A stretch of DNA of 64,000 nt from an uncultured Candidatus Saccharibacteria bacterium (GTDB lineage: Bacteria > Patescibacteriota > Minisyncoccia > Phycocordibacterales > UBA5272). The DNA is taken from assembly GCA_964391935.1 (NCBI GenBank), contig CAYMOA010000002.1, positions 995 through 64,994 on the forward strand, in the 5' to 3' direction. Position 1 is the first letter of the stretch. Each line of letters starts with the position of its first letter. This document shows positions 47,348-57,862 of the stretch, one piece after another. The translations under genes were made by a program, and so were the position numbers. The notes below the pieces were generated by a model. That model searched no databases and was not told the DNA's origin. It saw nothing but the letters and a program-made list of their open reading frames with translations.

Positions 47348-48835
47348 ATGAAAAATTTAACAAACATAATTAGAACGGGTGAAATGTCTCCAAAAGAAAG
47401 ATTTTTACTTTTGGTACAAAATGACGTACACAAAGACAAATATAAAAAACAAATCCTGACAGAGGCAGATAAACACGCCCTTTCTGATGGGTGGAAACCC
47501 AAGGATAACTTTGAAGTAAAGGAGTACAACAAGTACTGTGAAGCTTGGAGAGTTGAGGGAGAGTTGAGAACAGCACTACAAATTCACCACCTTGATACAC
47601 AAAATAAAATATTGAGAAGTAGCAAAGTAGTTGAGTATGCTTTGTGGAATAAATTCGAAAGCTTTAATAAATTTCAAAATACATTTGAAGTAAACGAGTT
47701 GGAAGCACTAGCAACTCTTCTAAAGAATAGTGGACTTGAATATGACAAGGTTATACATGGTCTAACTTTCCATAATATGCCAAACGGCTTAAAAGAAGAT
47801 ATTTTAGCCCTATACCCTGATGCCAGAACTGAAATAGACTATCTGGAGGAGGAAGAAATATTATTCAAATATTTTCAAAACAATAAAATGCTAAACAAAG
47901 AAGAAATTCAAAATCTGACAAATGAGATAGTTAGTCAGATTCCATGGGATTATGTTGACTTCTTAATCAACAAAGATAAAGACGTGTTAGGCATATTGTT
48001 CAATGGATACTTTGCAGGGTTGCCACTTATACAAGTAGCGAAAAAATGGGCAAGCCTAAATCAGGTAATCTATAATGATGAAGACGATTTGAGAGTTCAG
48101 TTAGCCAAAGAAAAAGATCTGAAAGATGTATTTAAAAGTACCATATTAAGATACTTAGAAGACGGTCTTTTTATAAGTGAATACACTCCGTTATGTAATA
48201 GCACTAGCAGAGCAACCTGTAATAACAAAGATACAAAACAAACTCACCAGGAAGTTATTACAGCTTGGATAAAAGAGAAACAAAAATCGAAAGAATTAAT
48301 AGAAAATCTAATAAATAAAGGTGATTTAAAAGTAGAAAATAAAGAAAGAAAACTATTCACAATTACAAAAAAGTATAAATTGATATCAGGAGAAAGTTTA
48401 TACAACCTTGGTGATGAGTATTTATTTGCGAAGGATTTCAAAAGACAGGTAGATAAACTTGCATGCTTCAATAAATTAATCCAATTTTTAAAAGAAAGAA
48501 AGTTTATTGAAATGATAAACGAAATTGGATCATACGCACGCATTTATACAAAACTAAGTAAAGTATTTGAAACGGATTTTTCATACATAACTGTCGACAT
48601 AGAAGGAAGTCTGAGTGAGGAGATTAACTTACTCAAAACAGAACTAACAATGATATACGAAAATGTTTTATTTGAGGTCTACAAAATATGTGAACCCAGT
48701 TTTTTAATTGAAATATTTACCGAAGATATATTAGAAGACCTTACAAAAAAAGAAGTAATAAATAGTGAGATCATACAAATATTAGATGCGAAATACGCCA
48801 AAATCTTTGGGGAACAGCTGTGGAAAGGACTATAA
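47348..48835 (+). CDS. Hypothetical protein
   Basis: 495-aa ORF in the same operon. Confidence 0.7.
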   Translation: MKNLTNIIRTGEMSPKERFLLLVQNDVHKDKYKKQILTEADKHALSDGWKPKDNFEVKEYNKYCEAWRVEGELRTALQIHHLDTQNKILRSSKVVEYALWNKFESFNKFQNTFEVNELEALATLLKNSGLEYDKVIHGLTFHNMPNGLKEDILALYPDARTEIDYLEEEEILFKYFQNNKMLNKEEIQNLTNEIVSQIPWDYVDFLINKDKDVLGILFNGYFAGLPLIQVAKKWASLNQVIYNDEDDLRVQLAKEKDLKDVFKSTILRYLEDGLFISEYTPLCNSTSRATCNNKDTKQTHQEVITAWIKEKQKSKELIENLINKGDLKVENKERKLFTITKKYKLISGESLYNLGDEYLFAKDFKRQVDKLACFNKLIQFLKERKFIEMINEIGSYARIYTKLSKVFETDFSYITVDIEGSLSEEINLLKTELTMIYENVLFEVYKICEPSFLIEIFTEDILEDLTKKEVINSEIIQILDAKYAKIFGEQLWKGL

Positions 48836-48850
48836 TATAGACGACATTTG

Positions 48851-48913
48851 GACACCTGAGACATTCCTTAACTTTATCTAGGCACTTGCGTCATCAATAT
48901 GTGTATGAAAATA
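48851..48913. repeat. Direct repeat A (copy of the LSR2 promoter/start region)
   Basis: GACACCTGAGAC...TTATCTAGGCACTTGCGTCATCAATAT..GTGTATGAAAATA, shared with 53425-53488. Confidence 0.88.
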
Positions 48914-49004
48914 GAGTTAAATACAAATCAAGCACTGAGAAAAAATATCTGAAAATTATGATGAAAGAATAACAGAAATTTTAGAACCAAAGAAGAGGGG
49001 AGGC

Positions 49005-51317
49005 CTATAGAATCTTATTGCCTGAAATAGTTACCCATTCCTGGTTTTTAAAGATCATAATTCCACCAAATAATTTCTGAGTTTTGCGGTTTTTGTTGTC
49101 ACTTAGAATATATTTTTGCAAAGCTTCGTTTTTGGCTTTAGTGTAAGTATCTTCATCTCTGTCTTCTTCGTCCTTAGTTTCAAAGATTCCAATTCTGCCA
49201 TCAGAAAATTCTACAAGATAATCTGGATAAAAAGTATAGACCTCACTTTTATATTCATATTTAATCCCAAAATAATCTCTTCGCATTTCGCCATTTTTGT
49301 ACCACCAATTTATGTTGTTTAGACTCTCTAAATGTTTCTCAAAGTTCCTTTCAGGATTAGATCTATTCTTCGATAAAAAACAAGGTTGGAGTAGGTGCTT
49401 AGAATAATTTTTAATTTCCTCATCAACGTCCTTATTAAAATAATCTGATTCAGCAATTTCAAAATTTTCAATTTTGTGCTCTGTGTCTTCTTTTGCCTTT
49501 TTCTCTCTAACTAGAGAATACTTTTCAACTGCTTTTAGGAAGATGGGTTTAATGTTATTTTTATTCATTAAAAGAAAGGCCTGAGAACTCAAGGCACCAT
49601 TTTGTACTACTTCCTCGCCAAACAGGTCTCTACAGGCCAAAAACCATGCCACATTCATCGCAGAGACCGATCTGACAATGTTGGTAAAGGGTGCCATCAT
49701 ACTTTTAAATAGTGATTTAGAAATGAACTCAATTTGCCTGTCATTTACATTTAAAGATTGCACTACTCCGTCGTCATCTTCAAACACATTTTTGTAATTA
49801 TCTACTTCTGTCACTTCAAGTGCCAAATCTTTGATTACTTCATGTGAAATATTTACCACATCGAATTGCCAACCCTTATCCCCGTGAACATTACTTTTGA
49901 TATTATTTAGAATTTTGATATTGTTTTTAAAATCTCCAACTTTTAAATCGGACGAAGTTATAAACTGATCAAGTAAAACTTTTCGGAAATCTGCTTTAAT
50001 ATCTTGATAGTCTGCACGTTCTTTGTAGAAGGACGTTAACTTAATTGGTTTGTATTTGTCACTTCTCTTTGATGGTTGGTCACCCAGAATTTTAGGACTG
50101 TAATTTTCAATATCAAAGCTAGCACTGCTGGTATTGGTATATACATAGGCTTTGTTTAATTTGACATCTTCATAATACATTTGCTCAGGCATTCTTAAAA
50201 TTCTACCTAATACTTGAATATTAAAGATTTCGCTTTCACTTTCTCTAAATTTAAGTAATATCTGTGCACGAGGACAATCCCATCCTGTATCGATAGCTTG
50301 TTTGAAAATTAAATATTCTTGAGGTGCATTGTTTTTAGAAATATTTTCTAAATTTCTATCTTCCTCTTTTTCTTCATCTAACCAAATAGATAGTCTTTCA
50401 TCCCCCAATTTTATCCCTTTATTTTTTTCTAAATATTGGAGCACTGTATTTTTCACAACCTCACCATTTTGACTATTGGGCAGTTGAATTAGTAAGAGTG
50501 GATTGACATCAATATTATTGTTTTTGTAAACCTGTGCAAGCTCATCTCTTTTAGCAATTGCCGTACTCAAAATCGCTTCGTCACTATCCTCAGTCTTCTT
50601 AAAGTTAAAATCAAAATTTACCAGTATTTGATCCTTTATCATTTCCTCGTCAATCACATCTTGGGGATTTATTTTTTCAATCCAACCCTTACCCTCAATT
50701 ATATCATCGGCAGATAATTTAATGATAGGAGTAGCTGACACTTCTATAGTTACAGTAGGACTGATAAGATCAATAATTTCTTTGCCTCTATCAGCACTCG
50801 TGTGACTATGAGATTCATCAATTATTAGTATTATTTTTCTATCTCTTCCTATTGTATTGTTTAAAATCTCTCGGAAGTTTGTGTGATCACCATCTTTCAT
50901 TACTATATTTTTCCACTCTTGAGTTTTACCATCCTTTGCTCTAATTTTTTCCCAGTTAACTACCATCACAGAATCTTTTAATAACTCATATTGAGAGGTA
51001 CCAAAAACCGTATCAATACTTTGAACTACAGGATACCCTGAAAATACATTTTCCAATGATCTCTTGCTTTGATTGTGTAAATCTCCTTTACCAATAGATA
51101 GCCAAATAAAGGTAAAATCTAATTTTCTATTCTCCTCCTTACTTTTATTCACCAAAGACTCAATAATACTAGCCATCATAATAGTTTTACCAGAACCAGT
51201 TGGGGCTTGTAATACAGCTGTCTTTTTGTCTCTCTTATCTGACTGTAAAAAACTGCTAACTTTTTCTGTTAAGTTTTTCACTGCTTTTTCTTGATAATTT
51301 TTAAGATTTATTTTCAT
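49005..51317 (-). CDS. res: Type III restriction endonuclease/helicase Res
   Basis: APTGSGKT, IIDESH, GWDCP and QVLGRILR motifs; C-terminal PD...ETK nuclease. Confidence 0.9.
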   Translation of the reverse strand: MKINLKNYQEKAVKNLTEKVSSFLQSDKRDKKTAVLQAPTGSGKTIMMASIIESLVNKSKEENRKLDFTFIWLSIGKGDLHNQSKRSLENVFSGYPVVQSIDTVFGTSQYELLKDSVMVVNWEKIRAKDGKTQEWKNIVMKDGDHTNFREILNNTIGRDRKIILIIDESHSHTSADRGKEIIDLISPTVTIEVSATPIIKLSADDIIEGKGWIEKINPQDVIDEEMIKDQILVNFDFNFKKTEDSDEAILSTAIAKRDELAQVYKNNNIDVNPLLLIQLPNSQNGEVVKNTVLQYLEKNKGIKLGDERLSIWLDEEKEEDRNLENISKNNAPQEYLIFKQAIDTGWDCPRAQILLKFRESESEIFNIQVLGRILRMPEQMYYEDVKLNKAYVYTNTSSASFDIENYSPKILGDQPSKRSDKYKPIKLTSFYKERADYQDIKADFRKVLLDQFITSSDLKVGDFKNNIKILNNIKSNVHGDKGWQFDVVNISHEVIKDLALEVTEVDNYKNVFEDDDGVVQSLNVNDRQIEFISKSLFKSMMAPFTNIVRSVSAMNVAWFLACRDLFGEEVVQNGALSSQAFLLMNKNNIKPIFLKAVEKYSLVREKKAKEDTEHKIENFEIAESDYFNKDVDEEIKNYSKHLLQPCFLSKNRSNPERNFEKHLESLNNINWWYKNGEMRRDYFGIKYEYKSEVYTFYPDYLVEFSDGRIGIFETKDEEDRDEDTYTKAKNEALQKYILSDNKNRKTQKLFGGIMIFKNQEWVTISGNKIL

Positions 51318-51327
51318 GGATTTGTTT

Positions 51328-53157
51328 TTATTTATTGTTACTATTATTTTTTAATATTGTCTCGTATATTTCTAGAATCTTTTGAGGTATTTCTTCTATG
51401 TTTATACCTTTCCATTTTCTATAATCGTCAATAAAGTCATCCACATTTCTAAGCGAGAAAATATATGCACTTTTGTCTAAGTCATCTTGATTTTTAAGAT
51501 CAGCTCTCATATCGTCTAAATAACTATCATCTAAATCGTAATAAATGCCAATTGTATGTTTTATAGTTTTTCTATTTTCAACTTTTACTCCACTAAATAT
51601 TTTGTACATCAAAGTATCACCATCTTTAACTTCTTTTTCTAAATTAAATGCATTTTCTTTTAAACAGAGCATTTCTGTACAAGCTCGCATCAATCTCATT
51701 TTCATATTGTCGGTGTGTTTTGTACGATCAATGAAGTCTGTTTCCAAATATTTTAAATTTCCACCAAGCTCATCTTTTTCCATAATATTGGAAAGTCTTT
51801 TAAACGTTACCTCTTCACAGATTTTATGCTCACTTTTTTCATCGCCATTATTGGTCACTAAAATAAACTGACGATTTCCTTTATCTTCTTTATTGAGACT
51901 TAAAACAGCATGTGCAGTTGATCCAGAACCTGCGAAGAAATCCAAAACCGTAGAGCAATCATTAGAAACCCATTTTATTAATTGTTTTATAAGTCTGATA
52001 GGCTTTTTACCATTTTTAAATTCTACATCTCCTTCTTTTTCAACATTCATCATATCCGAGTAAAACCCTTTCCAAAGATCACCCCTTATTGAGCATCTTG
52101 CAAACTCACCACCGAAGTCATCAGACTTTTTTAACCCATCACTTAGAAATGCTAATTGTTGAATTTTTCCAGTACCTGTCTTAGTTAAAAAGTAACCCCT
52201 TATATTTACGACAGCCCCAATTTTTATTTTCTTTTTTTCCTGATCAGACAATGAGATATCACAATCCATAAGTCTGCAAATCTTATCTGCATATTTGTAA
52301 AATTCTTCTTTAAATTCTGGTATAAGACTGCATAGAGTCTCAATAGAATTGACCGAAAAACTTTTTACTTGTTTTAGTATTTTATACTTGTCAATAAATA
52401 CACTTAGGGTTGGAAGACTTAATATACTGCTAATATTTTTTAGATCGCCATCGTAAAAAAGATTATAGTGGGAGTCGTAATAATTAATTTTGTCATACAA
52501 TAAATTTTTAACAATTTTCTTATTTTTACTTTTTGAGAACATTAGAACATATTCATAATTCTTAACCACCGACCCATTTTGGGCCGACCTAACTTTCATT
52601 CCTTGTGTTTTTGTTAGTTCTACACCAATATTTGCTACAAACGAATTTATACCAAACACCTGATCACACAATAATTTTAATTCTGCTTGTTGATTGTTGT
52701 CTATACTCACAAATAATGTACCATTATCTGATAGTAAAGATTCAGCAAGTAATAATCTTTTCTCCATAAACGACAACCACTTACTATTTCTGAAACTATC
52801 TTCAGAGTCTACAAACTTATCGTTGTAAATAAAATCCTTGTTGCCAGTATTGTATGGTGGATCGATATAAATTACATCAATAGAATTTTTATGCGTATAA
52901 TTAAGAACAGAAAGTGCATGATAATTATCACCCTCAATTAAAATATTTGTGGGTTTATTTTTATCATTTATTATTTCTTTGAACTTCTTTCCTTCCTTAA
53001 CTTTAAGCACAGGAAATTTTGTGTTGCATTCCTCAACTACCTTTTCAGGCTTATCTTCCCAAACTAAACCGTATTTACTTTTTTGTTTAAGTTTTTTATT
53101 TTCTTCTTCTAATTCTAAAATTCTGTGAGTAAGATTTACATCTAAATTTGATGACAT
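51328..53157 (-). CDS. mod: Type III R-M methyltransferase Mod
   Basis: YGLVWE, IEGDNY, IYIDPPYNTG, KKP and LDFFAGSGSTAHA motifs. Confidence 0.92.
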   Translation of the reverse strand: MSSNLDVNLTHRILELEEENKKLKQKSKYGLVWEDKPEKVVEECNTKFPVLKVKEGKKFKEIINDKNKPTNILIEGDNYHALSVLNYTHKNSIDVIYIDPPYNTGNKDFIYNDKFVDSEDSFRNSKWLSFMEKRLLLAESLLSDNGTLFVSIDNNQQAELKLLCDQVFGINSFVANIGVELTKTQGMKVRSAQNGSVVKNYEYVLMFSKSKNKKIVKNLLYDKINYYDSHYNLFYDGDLKNISSILSLPTLSVFIDKYKILKQVKSFSVNSIETLCSLIPEFKEEFYKYADKICRLMDCDISLSDQEKKKIKIGAVVNIRGYFLTKTGTGKIQQLAFLSDGLKKSDDFGGEFARCSIRGDLWKGFYSDMMNVEKEGDVEFKNGKKPIRLIKQLIKWVSNDCSTVLDFFAGSGSTAHAVLSLNKEDKGNRQFILVTNNGDEKSEHKICEEVTFKRLSNIMEKDELGGNLKYLETDFIDRTKHTDNMKMRLMRACTEMLCLKENAFNLEKEVKDGDTLMYKIFSGVKVENRKTIKHTIGIYYDLDDSYLDDMRADLKNQDDLDKSAYIFSLRNVDDFIDDYRKWKGINIEEIPQKILEIYETILKNNSNNK

Positions 53158-53159
53158 AA

Positions 53160-53299
53160 CAGGGATGGGTTTTGTCTATTAATATTCTAACGAGAAACAC
53201 TAAGCCCCACGTTAGCTTGAGTCTTGCGACTCCAAAAATTAGTTTCCTAATAATTGACCATCCCTGATCAGCTGAACGTGGGGTTCAGTATAGGGATGG
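53160..53299 (-). ncRNA. Candidate C4-like antisense RNA upstream of mod
   Basis: Closing stem 53204-53213/53275-53284, GCAA and GAAA hairpins, box 53258-53266 complementary to 53292-53299 and 53160-53168. Confidence 0.55.
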
Positions 53300-53424
53300 A
53301 TTTTATTTGTGCCATATTTTGAAAAACTTAGGCAACTATATTGTTAAAGAATTATACCATATTTTGGTATGGTGCCATTCTAATATAATCCAAGGGAATT
53401 GTGTAGTCTACTTGTCTACATATA

Positions 53425-53488
53425 GACACCTGAGACGCTCCTTGACTTATCTAGGCACTTGCGTCATCAATATAGGTGTATGAAAATA
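53425..53488. repeat. Direct repeat B
   Basis: Near-identical to 48851-48913; contains the LSR2 ATG at 53480. Confidence 0.88.
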
Positions 53489-54781
53489 CAAACAAATAAA
53501 CAACCAGAGATAGAGGAAAAATTGAGGTATTGCCTTTACTGTAGAAAAAGTAGTGAATCAGAAGAACGCCAAGTAATGAGTATAGACTCTCAAATTAAGG
53601 AAATGCTCAATTTGGCAGAGCGAGAAAAACTAGAAATAGTAAATATCAAAAGAGAGGCTCATAGTGCAAAAGAAACAGGGCAAAGACCCGTCTATAACGA
53701 AATGATCAAGGATTTAAAAGAAGGAAAATTCAATGCAATTCTTACTTGGGCACCTGACAGAATATCTAGAAACGCAGGAGACTTGGGTATGGTTGTAGAC
53801 TTAATGGATCAAAAGGTTTTAAAAGAAATTAGAACTCACTCACAAACATTTACTAATAACCCAAATGAAAAATTCTTGCTGATGATTTTAGGATCACAAG
53901 CAAAATTAGAAAACGATAACAGAGGAATAAATGTTAAGCGTGGGCAAAGAACAAAAGTTGAGCTTGGCTTTTGGCCTGGACTCGGACCTCTTGGATATTT
54001 AAATCAAAGATCCATGGACAAAAAAGGAGTGCTCATAGTAGACCCAGATAGAGCCCCTATTGTGAAGAAAATATTTGAGAAAGTTGCTTATGAATACCAG
54101 TCAGGAAGGAAAATTTATAACTGGCTACGAGAAGTGAATTTTTATACCAGAGGTAACAAACCACTAACCTTAGGTGGAGTTTATAGAATTTTAGACAACA
54201 CCTTTTATCATGGAGTATTTGAATATCCAAAAAGATCAGGTAATTATTTTACTGGAAAACATGAACCATTAATCAGCAAAGAGTTATGGGATAAGGCTCA
54301 GGAATTTTTAAAAAGAGACAAGATTGTACGATCGAATAAAGAATTTACTTTTACCAAATTAATTGTTTGCGGTTATTGTGGAAGTGGAATTTCTGCTGAG
54401 GAAAAATACAAAAACTTAAAAAATGGAACACAAGCTAGATATATATACTACGGCTGTGGCAGGAGTAAAGATAGGAATTGCAAAAATAAATATATTCAAG
54501 AGGTTGAACTTATAGAAGAACTAATAAAAATAGTTGATAAGGTCAATGTTGACGAGATAGGACTAAAGGTAAAAATGGAAGAAGAAATTAAAAGATTTAA
54601 TATTTTTCAGAGGTCAATACTAAATACAAAAGAAAAGTTTGAATTGCCGAAGGCAACTGTAGTAAAGAATTATCTAAAATATATTTTGAAAGAGGGAAGC
54701 AAAACTGAAAAAAGAGAGGTCTTGGGAAATCTAAGAAGTAGAATCAGTTACAAGGATAAAGAATTAACTTTAGTAAGTTAA
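53480..54781 (+). CDS. Large serine recombinase 2
   Basis: YCRKSSE, DRISRN, ILDNTFYHG, HEPLIS and CGYCG...YYGC...C zinc ribbon. Confidence 0.93.
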   Translation: MKIQTNKQPEIEEKLRYCLYCRKSSESEERQVMSIDSQIKEMLNLAEREKLEIVNIKREAHSAKETGQRPVYNEMIKDLKEGKFNAILTWAPDRISRNAGDLGMVVDLMDQKVLKEIRTHSQTFTNNPNEKFLLMILGSQAKLENDNRGINVKRGQRTKVELGFWPGLGPLGYLNQRSMDKKGVLIVDPDRAPIVKKIFEKVAYEYQSGRKIYNWLREVNFYTRGNKPLTLGGVYRILDNTFYHGVFEYPKRSGNYFTGKHEPLISKELWDKAQEFLKRDKIVRSNKEFTFTKLIVCGYCGSGISAEEKYKNLKNGTQARYIYYGCGRSKDRNCKNKYIQEVELIEELIKIVDKVNVDEIGLKVKMEEEIKRFNIFQRSILNTKEKFELPKATVVKNYLKYILKEGSKTEKREVLGNLRSRISYKDKELTLVS

Positions 54782-54789
54782 AATATCCC

Positions 54790-56838
54790 TTATAAATCTT
54801 TTAAATTGTCTGCTAAGACTTCACCAAGAACAACGGGTAGATCTTTAGCTTCACTTGCAACTTTTGTAAATTCTTGACTCCCATTATCGCTATAAGTTGA
54901 CTCTACACTTCTACCACCTTCAGTAATACCTATCGCAACTACAATAATACCCAATGCCCTTAATTCTTCAATCACTTTTTGCACTCGTTGAGGACTATCA
55001 CTTTTACCATCTGTCATAACAACTATTATTTCTTTAGTTTCTTTTTGTTGTAGTTCTTCTAATCTTTCAGGATCATTTTGGATTTCTTTTAATATAGATT
55101 CTAGACAGTTAAAATCTGGAGTAGAATCCCCGGGCGCAGAATTTAAAATTGCACAGGTTTCAACCCTATCCTTTTTAGAAAAACTATCAGACATTTTTTT
55201 GAAAGATTTAAGATCATCGTGGGTATTCTGGAAAGTCCAAATTTCCCAAAATATCTCTAGTGTTTTAACTAAATTAGCTTTTTCTTCTTCAGCTAAGTCT
55301 TGCAATTCTTTCTGACTTTCCATAGTCATTACAATTGCCTTTTGCAATTCAATTAATTTCTGACCCCCCATTGAACCTGATCTATCCAAAACAAAAGTTA
55401 ATTTTACCTTACCAAATAAATCTCCTTTCTTTTCTTTAACTTCTGTGTCCTGCCAAACTTTTGGATGCAAGTTTCCAGCTCTGGCACTTGCAAGCAACTC
55501 TCCTGGTTCTACCAATTCGTCTCCTTCCTCGACAGGATATTTAGGTTTAAAGCTTTGCTTAACTCTCCTAGAAATAATTCTTTTAATTAAATTACTCAAA
55601 TCTTTTACAACACTCTCATTTGTCTCTGGGTTAATAATCGAATCTAAATCTCTGACAATATTTTCGTAATTTCTAAGATCTTCTACTTTAACGCCAATAT
55701 GCTCAGCTTGTCTTTCTAAAGATTTTTCTTCAGCAGTTTTTCTGTTGTCAGGATTTTCTAACCATTTTTCTAAAGCTTTCTCTTGCTCTTCAACGGGAAC
55801 AGCATTCATTGTTTTTTTCTCCGCCTCGTCATAATCTTTTTTAAATACCTGGTTGTAGTCTCCATCTCCAGATTCCTCACCAGTTGTCGCATCTGGATTT
55901 TGTTCTCCTTTTCCTTTTTCAGATTTTTTTCCTTTTTTCTTTTCTTTACTGAACCTCTTTTTAATCTTGTCCATAATACTATCTTTTTCTTGTGAACCAC
56001 TTTGAGATTTTGACTCCCCACCTGACCCATTACTTTCAGATTTTTCTCCATCTCCAGATTTATTATTCTCGTCTTGTTTTTTCTTATCTTCTACATCCTT
56101 TTTACGCAACTCTTCCATCATGGGACGAATAATCCTGTTTTGTATCTCCAATCTCTTAGACATTGGCACGTTAGGATCTGTAATTGTCTTTATAAGATCA
56201 ATATTTCCATTTCTAGTTTTAAATTTTCTTAATTGGTCTATTTTCAGCCTAACATCAGGATCAACTACACAATTGTCTCCAGTTCTTTCTTCACGCAAAA
56301 TAGCTTGTGGGAATTGTAAATGCTTTGGTTGCTTTGTAAAATCTAACTCTCCAGTTTTCTCGTCTGCTGGAAATAAATCTTCTCTGTAAAGTCTAGTTTC
56401 AGTATCTTTAACCTGCTTGTTTGTTTTACTAATTACAGCTCTATTTTCTCTGATATCAGCTATGCAGTTATCTAAAATACCATAAGCTCTATCATTTTTG
56501 ATATCTTGTAAATAATCTTGAAAGACTTGCCAACCTCCTGGTTCTTTTAAGACTTGGACTTTTTCTAATAAGTGCTCTATTTCATGCCTAACTGCAAAAG
56601 CTGACTTTTCATCAGAAAGTCCAAATTTACTTTGGTAAAATTTATCATTTACATAAATTGTTCCTTTTTCTAAGTCGAAAGCAAAAGTATCCAGGCCTGA
56701 AGGGGCAGGCTCAATTTTAATTTTACCTTTAGCATACAACTCAAAAATCTCTCTATGGTTTTCAAAAAAAGTATCAGCCTTACCTTTATTTTCAGCATCA
56801 CCTTTTTTCCTTGTTGCCATTTCAATCCTCGTATTCAT
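54790..56838 (-). CDS. VWA-domain protein with N-terminal HExxH domain (MoxR partner, CobT/NorD-like layout)
   Basis: RHEIEH, low-complexity linker, MIDAS DRSGSM...TPD...TDG. Confidence 0.85.
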   Translation of the reverse strand: MNTRIEMATRKKGDAENKGKADTFFENHREIFELYAKGKIKIEPAPSGLDTFAFDLEKGTIYVNDKFYQSKFGLSDEKSAFAVRHEIEHLLEKVQVLKEPGGWQVFQDYLQDIKNDRAYGILDNCIADIRENRAVISKTNKQVKDTETRLYREDLFPADEKTGELDFTKQPKHLQFPQAILREERTGDNCVVDPDVRLKIDQLRKFKTRNGNIDLIKTITDPNVPMSKRLEIQNRIIRPMMEELRKKDVEDKKKQDENNKSGDGEKSESNGSGGESKSQSGSQEKDSIMDKIKKRFSKEKKKGKKSEKGKGEQNPDATTGEESGDGDYNQVFKKDYDEAEKKTMNAVPVEEQEKALEKWLENPDNRKTAEEKSLERQAEHIGVKVEDLRNYENIVRDLDSIINPETNESVVKDLSNLIKRIISRRVKQSFKPKYPVEEGDELVEPGELLASARAGNLHPKVWQDTEVKEKKGDLFGKVKLTFVLDRSGSMGGQKLIELQKAIVMTMESQKELQDLAEEEKANLVKTLEIFWEIWTFQNTHDDLKSFKKMSDSFSKKDRVETCAILNSAPGDSTPDFNCLESILKEIQNDPERLEELQQKETKEIIVVMTDGKSDSPQRVQKVIEELRALGIIVVAIGITEGGRSVESTYSDNGSQEFTKVASEAKDLPVVLGEVLADNLKDL

Positions 56839-56858
56839 AGGATGAAGTATACAATATT

Positions 56859-57851
56859 TTATTGACTCTTGGGTACTTTTTCCTTTAGTTCAGTCTGTAG
56901 TTTGCTACTATAGCAATGCTTCAAAAAGCCTAAATATGAATGGATATTTGTAGCCGAAACCTTACTCAAAAATCTCTTCTTGTTTTTGGTCTTAATGGCA
57001 ATATATTTAGGAAATACCTTATAGCCTAAGAAAGTAACTCCACTGGCTAGAGTTCTGATAAACCTGTTTTCCTTCTTAATTTCTAATTTTAGACTTAAGG
57101 ATAGAAAGTTTTCGATTTCTCTTTTATAATTTTCTAGAATTTTCCTATCAGGATCCAAAATTACATAATCATCTGCAAAGCGTATATAGTACTTTGCTTT
57201 TAATCTTTCCTTTATAAAAGTGTCCAACTCATGCAGGTAGACATTTATAAAAAGTTGTGAGGTAACATTACCCAAAGGGATACCTTTATTTGGAAATCTG
57301 TAGTTAAAACTTTCAATAATTTTACATAAAATATTTAGTAAATCTTTTTCTTCAATATATTTTTCTAAAAGTTTTTTAAGAATTATTTGATCGATACTAG
57401 CAAAACATTTTCTAATATCTAATTTTAGAACATAGACTGTCTTTGTGTTATTTTTTCCACACTTCCTACCGAACTCTAAAAACCTTCTCACAGCCCTCTG
57501 TGTTCCTTTATTGATTCGACAAGAATACGAATCAAAAATAAAAACTTTTTCAAAATATTGATACAAATTGTTAAACAGAACATAATGAATAAATCTATCT
57601 TTTACGGTTGCTTTGTGTATATCTCTTTTTTTAGTATCACTTAAAACAAAGTGAGTATATTTTTGATGTTCATAGGTTCCAGATATAATTTCACTCCGAA
57701 TATCCAAAATGTTTTTATACAAATGTAATAAAAATTCACATACATCATCTTTTTTAGTTTTTCCTTTTTTAAACTCTTTCCAACATAAAAACATCTTCTC
57801 TACAGTAAACATATCTCTTAAAAGCGTTTGATTATATATGGGGATGGACAT
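56859..57851 (-). CDS. DGR reverse transcriptase
   Basis: KKRDI, DR, DSYSCR..KG, KLDI, GIPLGNVTSQ, YIRFADD and FLGY motifs; 330 aa, no maturase or endonuclease. Confidence 0.92.
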   Translation of the reverse strand: MSIPIYNQTLLRDMFTVEKMFLCWKEFKKGKTKKDDVCEFLLHLYKNILDIRSEIISGTYEHQKYTHFVLSDTKKRDIHKATVKDRFIHYVLFNNLYQYFEKVFIFDSYSCRINKGTQRAVRRFLEFGRKCGKNNTKTVYVLKLDIRKCFASIDQIILKKLLEKYIEEKDLLNILCKIIESFNYRFPNKGIPLGNVTSQLFINVYLHELDTFIKERLKAKYYIRFADDYVILDPDRKILENYKREIENFLSLSLKLEIKKENRFIRTLASGVTFLGYKVFPKYIAIKTKNKKRFLSKVSATNIHSYLGFLKHCYSSKLQTELKEKVPKSQ

Positions 57852-57862
57852 ATAATATTCTT

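Larger units (their letters stand above)
41978..54781. mobile_element. Second LSR element (satellite/ICE-like; ends not defined)
   Basis: XRE + ImmA, MTases, terminase-small-like genes, type III R-M, terminal LSR; no capsid or tail genes. Confidence 0.65.

Noticed and set aside
41978-54781. Complete prophage
   Set aside because: No large terminase, portal, capsid, tail or lysis genes are recognisable.
56859-57851. RT as a group II intron or retron RT
   Set aside because: It is short, has no maturase domain or VTG motif, and sits beside avd and a TR/VR pair with adenine-specific mismatches.
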